This document shows, in pieces, positions 1-5,370 of a stretch of 25,000 bases of DNA. Position numbers and translations under genes: made by a program. Where the stretch lies: the IMG/VR virus record IMGVR_UViG_3300025610_000134, positions 1-25,000 of that record; one strand, 5' to 3'. Within the stretch, counting starts at the first letter, position 1. Each line of letters starts with the position of its first letter. The notes beneath the pieces are model-generated. The model had not been told where the DNA came from. It did no database searches and saw only the letters and a list, made by a program, of their open reading frames with translations. The DNA comes from a virus (taxonomy: Duplodnaviria; Caudoviricetes).

Positions 1-44
1 AGATGATTGGAGATACTATTAACAAAGCTAAACGATTGAAATGA
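1..44 (+). CDS. 3' end of an upstream gene (…MIGDTINKAKRLK*), truncated by the window edge
   Basis: Open frame from position 3 ends at TGA 42-44, which overlaps the ATG at 41 (ATGA coupling). Confidence 0.55.
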   Translation, partial: MIGDTINKAKRLK

Positions 45-694
45 AGATATTAAATTTATACGCTTGTCTAGGTGGTAACCGATACAAGTGGGGAGATGAA
101 CACGAGATAACAGCAGTAGAATGGGATGAGGAATTAGCTAGGTTATATCAAGAGAGGTTTCCTAATGATACAGTAATAGTAGGAGATGCACATCAATATC
201 TGCTAGACCACTATCAAGAGTTTGATTTCATTTGGAGTAGTCCACCTTGCCCAACACATTCAACAACAAATTGATTTTTAAACGCACAAGGTGTTATACG
301 CTATCCTAATATGGAACTATATCAAGAAATAATACTTTTAGATTCTTTTTTTAAAGGCAAGTATGTTATTGAAAATGTTATACCATATTATGAACCATTA
401 ATACCTGCTAAAAAAAGAGGTAGGCATTTATATTGGACTAACTTTCCTTTACCCAATGTTTTAAGCCATAGGCAACCACCAAAAATGAATTGTAATAAAA
501 ACATAACTAAAAAAGTTGCTTTAGCTTTTGCTGAATATCATTTTATAGACAAGCTTTTAAAAAAATACAAAGGTAAACAGTCTAAAGACAAGATAGCTAG
601 AAACTTAGTTGATTATGAAGCAGGTAAAACTATATTAGATACTGCTATGGGAATAATACATAAACAAGATATAAAACAAACAGAACTATTTTAA
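41..694 (+). pseudogene. C5-cytosine DNA methyltransferase (short phage type, about 217 codons) interrupted by a single in-frame TGA at 272-274
   Basis: ORFs 41..274 and 311..694 share a frame, and the gap reads *FLNAQGVIRYPN with no other stop. Motifs are in canonical order: I (LNLYACLGG), IV catalytic (SSPPC), VI (IENV), VIII-like (GRHLYW), X-like (ARNLV). Could be a pseudogene, a read-through gene or a sequencing error. Confidence 0.8.
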
Positions 695-696
695 CT

Positions 697-1143
697 ATGA
701 CAACGATAATAATAACCCTCTTGCTTATTTCTATTTTATATCTTATATTCGCAATCAAAGATTTAAAAGATGATGTTAGTGATATTGAGTTTCGAATGGA
801 TATTCTTAAAGAGATATGTGCTGACTACGAGAAAAGAATCAAAGAACTAGAGAATGTCAGACAAACCGAAGTTAAGCGAAGAAAGGGTGCAGATAGCTAT
901 CGTAGAATATGTAAAGATGCAATATCCAAATACTCTGCTTACTGCTACAATGGGTGGTCAATTTCAAAGGCACTACTCACAAAGGCTCAAGGCAAAGCGT
1001 ACAGGCTATTTGAGGGGAGTATCAGACCTGCTTATATTCGAGCCAAACGAAACGTACAATGGCTTGTTTATAGAGCTAAAAAAGGACAAGAAGTGTTATC
1101 CCTCAAAGGAGCAAAAGTTATTCATTCAGAACGCTTTAGATAG
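697..1143 (+). CDS. Hypothetical protein with N-terminal transmembrane helix and coiled coil; C-terminal half overlaps the next gene
   Basis: Hydrophobic IIITLLLISILYLIFAI followed by heptad-like charged helix. Starts 2 nt after the MTase stop. Overlaps 854..1222 by 290 nt. Confidence 0.6.
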   Translation: MTTIIITLLLISILYLIFAIKDLKDDVSDIEFRMDILKEICADYEKRIKELENVRQTEVKRRKGADSYRRICKDAISKYSAYCYNGWSISKALLTKAQGKAYRLFEGSIRPAYIRAKRNVQWLVYRAKKGQEVLSLKGAKVIHSERFR

Positions 1144-1222
1144 AGGTTACTACGCTATCTGTTGCAAAGGCTTTGACCACACAAAAGATACGATAGATAA
1201 ATACTTTAACAACGAATTATGA
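854..1222 (+). CDS. VRR-NUC family PD-(D/E)xK nuclease (putative Holliday junction resolvase)
   Basis: Motifs SEERVQ, GVSDLL, LFIELK, SKEQKLF, GY; typical 122-aa size. Confidence 0.85.
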   Translation: MSDKPKLSEERVQIAIVEYVKMQYPNTLLTATMGGQFQRHYSQRLKAKRTGYLRGVSDLLIFEPNETYNGLFIELKKDKKCYPSKEQKLFIQNALDRGYYAICCKGFDHTKDTIDKYFNNEL

Positions 1223-1551
1223 AGTCAAAATATTATTACGAATACACAAGGAATATGGATACCACGAACAAAAGTGAATTAGAGAGAATAAACAATAAGC
1301 TGTTCAATGAAACTGCTAAGGAAAGAAACATACCAAGCTATTACATTGGCTCTGTGTATGGATATGAAGCTCGTAAGGTGGTAGAGGATTGGAATCTATC
1401 CTACAACATAGGTACTGCTGTTACATATCTTCTTCGTGCAGGTAAGAAGGTAGAGCAGGGTATGGATAACAAGGCAAAACATATTGAGGATATTAAAAAG
1501 ACTATTAACCATCTCAAGTTTGAGATAGAAAGATTAGAAAATGAGCATTAA
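1219..1551 (+). CDS. DUF3310 / SaV-like protein (T7 gp1.7 nucleotide kinase-like)
   Basis: Pattern PSYY…EARKVVEDWNLSYNIGTAVTYLLRAGKK…EDIKKTINHL. Confidence 0.75.
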   Translation: MKSKYYYEYTRNMDTTNKSELERINNKLFNETAKERNIPSYYIGSVYGYEARKVVEDWNLSYNIGTAVTYLLRAGKKVEQGMDNKAKHIEDIKKTINHLKFEIERLENEH

Positions 1552-1738
1552 TATATACGACAGGAAAGACCGTAGAGGTGGGGGCTATGCCAAGCGCAAG
1601 TTTACCCTTGAAGAAGCAGAATGGATAAGAGAAGAATACAAAGCAGGGGGTATAAGTCAGACCAAACTCGCTAAGAAGTATGGTGTATCTCAACCCATCA
1701 TCAATATGATTTTACGAGGGAAAACCTATAATAAGTAA
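1541..1738 (+). CDS. Small helix-turn-helix DNA-binding protein
   Basis: KFTLEEAEWIRE…ISQTKLAKKYGVSQPIINMILRGKTY is an HTH of the type often found C-terminal to phage HNH domains. Confidence 0.8.
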   Translation: MSINIYDRKDRRGGGYAKRKFTLEEAEWIREEYKAGGISQTKLAKKYGVSQPIINMILRGKTYNK

Positions 1739-1757
1739 AATAAATTAAATTATTTTG

Positions 1758-1787
1758 TTGTTTATTAAAAAAATTAGTTTATCTTTG
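1758..1787 (+). promoter_or_regulatory. Bacteroidota sigma-A type promoter (leadered)
   Basis: TTG 1758-1760, 19-nt spacer, TATCTTTG 1780-1787; ATG follows at 1812. Confidence 0.75.
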
Positions 1788-1811
1788 TAAGGAATTTAAA
1801 ACTAAAACATT

Positions 1812-2021
1812 ATGAAAGACAACGTAAATATAAAAGATTCTTACTACATAGAGCAAGACAATTACACGCTAGAGGTGTTCTACCACTACTATTCAGAGAG
1901 AGATACCAACTACGAAGAATTAGAAATAGAAAAGGTTATACTCAATGGAGGTATTGATATAACAGATTTGTATTGGGATTACATTGATTTAGAAGATGTT
2001 ATTATAGAATCATTAAAATAA
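1812..2021 (+). CDS. Hypothetical acidic phage protein
   Basis: 69-aa ORF behind a promoter and an A-rich leader. Confidence 0.7.
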   Translation: MKDNVNIKDSYYIEQDNYTLEVFYHYYSERDTNYEELEIEKVILNGGIDITDLYWDYIDLEDVIIESLK

Positions 2022-2105
2022 ATGGGGGATATAGGGGGTATAGGGGGGTACTTCGATACTCCAATGATAAACAAACTAAACGATAACGAATTTAATTACA
2101 TTATT

Positions 2106-2384
2106 ATGATTACTAAAAAAGAAGCAAAGCATTTACTAAACAAGATGAGAAACGATAACAGAATGTTCTCACTTGAATTTATTAAAAAAGATGGAACTAA
2201 AAGAGTTATGTTGGCTAGGTTCAATGTAACAAAGGGTCTTACAGGAAAGGGTCAACGATACAATCCTGCTGACTACGATTTAATCAATGTGTACGATATG
2301 AATAAGAGTGCATACAGAAGTGTGCCACTAAATACATTACTTTGGATTAGAACCAAAGGTAAAAGATATTATGTTAGTGCATAG
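2106..2384 (+). CDS. SH3-fold / WYL-like phage protein (DUF2693-like)
   Basis: Pattern FSLEFIKKDGTKRVM…VYDMNKSAYRSV. Start moved from 2022 to the in-frame ATG at 2106, which has an A/T-rich upstream region; the 2022-2050 G-tracts look non-coding. Confidence 0.7.
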   Translation: MITKKEAKHLLNKMRNDNRMFSLEFIKKDGTKRVMLARFNVTKGLTGKGQRYNPADYDLINVYDMNKSAYRSVPLNTLLWIRTKGKRYYVSA

Positions 2385-2411
2385 TACTTGTTTTTTTGAA
2401 TTTTGTTTTGG

Positions 2412-2449
2412 AATGGGAGGTAGTATTGAAACTGCTTCCCATTTTTTTT
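2412..2449 (+). terminator. Intrinsic terminator
   Basis: AATGGGAGGTAGT-attgaa-ACTGCTTCCCATT hairpin (two G-U pairs) running into a T tract. Confidence 0.75.
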
Positions 2450-2510
2450 ACCTGTTGAAACTGCCATTGACCTCAGCGAAACTGCTCTGAAACTGCCCTG
2501 AAACTGCCAT
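2428..2510 (+). repeat. Five direct GAAACTGC repeats
   Basis: Copies start at 2428, 2457, 2478, 2489 and 2500; the last three have an 11-bp period. Confidence 0.9.
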
Positions 2511-2550
2511 TAGTCTGCCGAATTTTTTATAATGACCACCTCCTCTCCTC

Positions 2551-2640
2551 TTAGTGTCGTTTGTACACTTACTTAGTGTATTTTCTACACTAACCTCTTG
2601 GTGTACTTTTTACACTAACTTTGTGTCGTTTGTACACTAA
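2551..2640. repeat. Tandem array of four 21-bp imperfect palindromes, TTAGTGTA-N5-TACACTAA
   Basis: 2551 ttagtgtcgtttgtacactta; 2573 ttagtgtattttctacactaa; 2598 ttggtgtactttttacactaa; 2620 tttgtgtcgtttgtacactaa. Confidence 0.92.
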
Positions 2641-2734
2641 GGTAACAAATTAATATTTTTGTTCTTTTTATTTGTTTATTAAATATTTTTGTTGTATGGG
2701 TTGAAAGTTTTTTATTTTTGTATTAAAAAATTTG

Positions 2735-2742
2735 TATATTTG
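2735..2742 (+). promoter_or_regulatory. -7 element of a Bacteroidota-type promoter for the AT-rich island
   Basis: TATATTTG followed by a 23-nt A-rich leader to ATG 2766. No TTG at canonical -33 spacing. Confidence 0.55.
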
Positions 2743-2765
2743 CTGAAACAAAACTCAATAAAACG

Positions 2766-2867
2766 ATGAAACAAAAAAAACATTTTACACTTGATAATTT
2801 AGTTTTTCACTTATGGAAAGTTATTATTGTTACAGTACTATTAATTAACATTTTAAATTTATACTAA
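2766..2867 (+). CDS. 33-aa predicted membrane peptide (MKQKKHFTLDNLVFHLWKVIIVTVLLINILNLY), not in the ORF track
   Basis: Manual translation. Basic N-terminus plus hydrophobic helix; stop lies 1 nt before the next ATG. Confidence 0.6.
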   Translation: MKQKKHFTLDNLVFHLWKVIIVTVLLINILNLY

Positions 2868-2868
2868 T

Positions 2869-3504
2869 ATGAAAACTAGAATAAAACTATATAACGGGCT
2901 AAAAATTAGTCAAATTTTAACACAAAATAGTAAACTAAAAAAGACTAGCAAAGAAAATAATAAAAGAGTTTTTAACTTTGGTATATCGGCTTATAAAACT
3001 AGTACGGGAAAAATTGTTTGTCCCTTTGCTAAAGACTGTATAAAGTTTTGTTATGCTCAGAAAGGGGCTTATAATTTTGGCAATGTTAAGCCATTATTTG
3101 AGCAAAGATATAATTTGACTAAAAGTAATATTTTTATTGAAGCAATAAACGACAGTATAAAAGCTAAAAAAGTAGATGTTTTACGTATTCACGATAGTGG
3201 AGATTTTTACAGTAATGAATACATAAACAAATGGTTAACAATAGCAAAACAAAATAAAGATGTTATTTTTTATGCATACACTAAAAGTATACCATTATTT
3301 GAAAAAATAAATTTACCTGAAAATTTTATTGTTATTTATTCATACGGATCAAAAGTAGATAATTTAATTGATCCGAATAAACATAGACATTCAAAAATAT
3401 TTGACGATGAAAAACAATTGATAAACGAAGGATATATAAACGCTAGTAAAAATGATTTAAACGCTATTAAAAGCAATAAAAAAGTCGGCTTAATATTCCA
3501 CTAA
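2869..3504 (+). CDS. GP88-like protein (Cys-cluster, radical-SAM-like phage family)
   Basis: CPFAKDCIKFCYA cysteine triad, RIHDSGDFYS and FYAYTKS motifs. Confidence 0.75.
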   Translation: MKTRIKLYNGLKISQILTQNSKLKKTSKENNKRVFNFGISAYKTSTGKIVCPFAKDCIKFCYAQKGAYNFGNVKPLFEQRYNLTKSNIFIEAINDSIKAKKVDVLRIHDSGDFYSNEYINKWLTIAKQNKDVIFYAYTKSIPLFEKINLPENFIVIYSYGSKVDNLIDPNKHRHSKIFDDEKQLINEGYINASKNDLNAIKSNKKVGLIFH

Positions 3505-3530
3505 AAAAAACAATTAAAAACTATAAACAA

Positions 3531-3686
3531 ATGATACTATATAAATTCACATTAAATTACAGTAATGGACAAATAAAAATATATAACAAGTTTTGTGTAC
3601 ACTACAAAAAAACTAGTATTTATAAACAATGTATAAAACTTTTAGAAAATGATACTTTAACAAGTTTTTCAGTAAGTAATAATTAA
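3531..3686 (+). CDS. 51-aa hypothetical protein (MILYKFTLNYSNGQIKIYNKFCVHYKKTSIYKQCIKLLENDTLTSFSVSNN), not in the ORF track
   Basis: Manual translation. A-rich start context (ctataaacaaATG); fills the gap between neighbours. Confidence 0.6.
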   Translation: MILYKFTLNYSNGQIKIYNKFCVHYKKTSIYKQCIKLLENDTLTSFSVSNN

Positions 3687-3698
3687 AATAATAAAACT

Positions 3699-3887
3699 AT
3701 GAACGATATAAACAATATAAATAGATATAAAATAAATACTAAAATTTCTTTTGGTTCTAGGTTCTACTTTGCATCTTGGTGTTATGCTAAGAGCTTTAGA
3801 GGGGCAAGACAAACGAAGGTATTTAAACACTATAAGAACGAGTTAGAAAATTCTAGGATAGTCGGTTTACAAATAGAAAAATTTTAA
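3699..3887 (+). CDS. Hypothetical protein
   Basis: 62-aa ORF with A-rich start context. Confidence 0.6.
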   Translation: MNDINNINRYKINTKISFGSRFYFASWCYAKSFRGARQTKVFKHYKNELENSRIVGLQIEKF

Positions 3888-3891
3888 GGAT

Positions 3892-3981
3892 ATGAGTAAT
3901 AAAAAACGACTAGAAGACACGAATTTATCTACTTTTTGGCTAATTATTGTATTTATTTGCGCTTTATTCGGTGGGTGTTAG
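3892..3981 (+). CDS. 29-aa membrane peptide ending in a lipobox-like Cys (MSNKKRLEDTNLSTFWLIIVFICALFGGC)
   Basis: Manual translation. Starts 4 nt after the previous stop and is followed by a terminator. Confidence 0.55.
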   Translation: MSNKKRLEDTNLSTFWLIIVFICALFGGC

Positions 3982-4003
3982 CCGATTAAATTACTAGATT
4001 AAG

Positions 4004-4038
4004 AAAGTACAACTATTAAATTATTTGTACTTTTTTTT
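4004..4038 (+). terminator. Intrinsic terminator
   Basis: AAAGTACAA…TTGTACTTT hairpin plus T tract. Confidence 0.6.
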
Positions 4039-4046
4039 ATTTTTTG

Positions 4047-4077
4047 TTGTGTATATAAAAAATATGTTTTATATTTG
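4047..4077 (+). promoter_or_regulatory. Bacteroidota sigma-A type promoter (leadered)
   Basis: TTG 4047-4049, 20-nt spacer, TATATTTG 4070-4077; ATG at 4105. Confidence 0.75.
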
Positions 4078-4104
4078 TATCATATTAATTAAACAACTAA
4101 AACA

Positions 4105-4347
4105 ATGACAAAATTAGTTTACATATTAAGAAGCAACCATGACGGTATCTTAGGAGTGTTTACAAATAAAAAGTTAGCATATAATGATGCTCTTGATTAT
4201 CTTAAAGACACAAGTAGCACAATAGAAAAAAGCTATTCACAAATTTGCGCCGAGTTTAAAAATACTTATAGAAAGGATATTGAAGTAGTTTACAATAATA
4301 GTTTAATATTAGAAATTGAACAAATCCCACTAAACAATAAGTATTAA
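4105..4347 (+). CDS. Hypothetical protein, monocistronic
   Basis: 80-aa ORF (VYIL…GILGVFTNKKLA pattern common in small phage proteins) with its own promoter and terminator. Confidence 0.7.
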   Translation: MTKLVYILRSNHDGILGVFTNKKLAYNDALDYLKDTSSTIEKSYSQICAEFKNTYRKDIEVVYNNSLILEIEQIPLNNKY

Positions 4348-4369
4348 ACACCAACAAATAACACTAATT

Positions 4370-4397
4370 AAAGACTCTTCATTGAGTCTTTTTTTTT
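4370..4397 (+). terminator. Intrinsic terminator
   Basis: AAAGACTC-ttcatt-GAGTCTTT followed by a T tract. Confidence 0.8.
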
Positions 4398-4550
4398 GCT
4401 TAAAATTACAGTAATTTTTTTTTATTAATGTTAGCAAAATCTTTGCAAAGATAAGCATTTTTTTTTAATAACCTAATCCCACATTCAATAAGTTATAAAC
4501 ATTTGTTAAAATACTTTGTTAATAACTTGTGCAAATTAGTATTAAATTAT

Positions 4551-4581
4551 TTGTATATGTAATAAATTTGTTGTATCTTTA
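4551..4581 (+). promoter_or_regulatory. Promoter-like element with no adjacent ORF
   Basis: TTG 4551-4553, 20-nt spacer, TATCTTTA 4574-4581 (one mismatch to TAnnTTTG). Confidence 0.45.
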
Positions 4582-4745
4582 TAATACCGTCAAATTTTGG
4601 CGCCGCCCTACTTCTGCATTAGTACATAACCACAACAAAATGAAGTTCAATTTTATAAGTAGATAATATTTAGGAGTTATTATTGAAGTACGTTTATTCA
4701 GCGTTGCAAGAAACCTTCGCAAGTTAGTAAAAATAAAAGATAATC

Positions 4746-4766
4746 TTTCGCAAAAGTAGTGCGAAA
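4746..4766. promoter_or_regulatory. Perfect dyad TTTCGCA-N7-TGCGAAA, candidate regulator site
   Basis: Read directly from the sequence. The half-site matches the TGCGA box at 6823 and 18577; a further TTCGCA lies at 4716. Confidence 0.55.
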
Positions 4767-4843
4767 TGGTAAAAAATATATAGAAAAGTGTTTTTAGAGG
4801 GCAAAAAAATTATAAAAAAATTTTAAAGTCCTATTTTATAGAT

Positions 4844-4923
4844 TAAAGGGTTAATGAAGGGTACGTGAAGGGTATAACATACCCTACATAATAAAGCTAA
4901 AGATAAAGCTAAGGTTAAAGCTA
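4844..4923 (+). repeat. Iteron-like phased repeats upstream of terS
   Basis: TRAAGGGT at 4844, 4855, 4866 (11-bp period); inverted TACCCT at 4880; TAAAGCTA at 4892, 4904, 4916 (12-bp period). Confidence 0.8.
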
Positions 4924-4924
4924 T

Positions 4925-4955
4925 TTGTATATTACTATTATTTTGTTTAGCTTTG
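4925..4955 (+). promoter_or_regulatory. Promoter of terS (predicted leaderless)
   Basis: TTG 4925-4927, 20-nt spacer, TAGCTTTG 4948-4955; only 4 nt to ATG 4960. Confidence 0.7.
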
Positions 4956-4959
4956 TATT

Positions 4960-5370
4960 ATGAGTGACGAAAAAGAAAAGTTACCTGACACGGAAAACTA
5001 TGCGCCAAAAAGAACCTTTGGTCATCACAATGGCACGGGTAGAAAGAAGGGTAGTATAACCAAAACCACAAAGATAACAAGGGAGATACTTGCCAATGCT
5101 CTTAGTGGGCAGGAGGTAAATATTATGGATGCCCTTGAAAAGCTGTCGGCTAAGAACCCTGAAGCATATATCAATGCCATAGCTAAATTGCTAAACTACG
5201 CAATGCCAAAGCTACAATCAACAGAGATTAAAGCAGAGAACAGCAGAAAGATTGAGATTAAGCTAGATGACAATGTTAGCTTAGATGAACTAAAAGCTAA
5301 GATGGAGAATCTCGAAAGAGATGACGATGACGATGATGACTTGGCAGACTATATCGAGATAGATGGATAA
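4960..5370 (+). CDS. terS: Terminase small subunit (putative)
   Basis: Directly upstream of and overlapping terL; N-terminal GRKKGS motif, helical core, acidic tail. Confidence 0.7.
   Translation: MSDEKEKLPDTENYAPKRTFGHHNGTGRKKGSITKTTKITREILANALSGQEVNIMDALEKLSAKNPEAYINAIAKLLNYAMPKLQSTEIKAENSRKIEIKLDDNVSLDELKAKMENLERDDDDDDDLADYIEIDG

Noticed and set aside
272-300. Selenocysteine or genome-wide TGA recoding at the MTase stop
   Set aside because: Only a weak 5-bp hairpin (281-295) follows, the position is not the catalytic Cys, and TGA terminates several other genes.
2022-2105. N-terminal extension MGDIGGIGGY… of the SH3-fold ORF
   Set aside because: Encoded by atypical G-tracts; a better A/T-rich start context exists at 2106.
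2551-2640. CRISPR or mini-CRISPR array
   Set aside because: Units are separated by 1-4 nt, so there are no spacers, and no cas genes are present in the window.
4446-4453. Minus-strand promoter (TATCTTTG on the reverse strand)
   Set aside because: No -33 element at the expected spacing and no downstream minus-strand ORF.
5322-5340. GAT/GAC repeat in terS
   Set aside because: Simply encodes the poly-Asp acidic tail.
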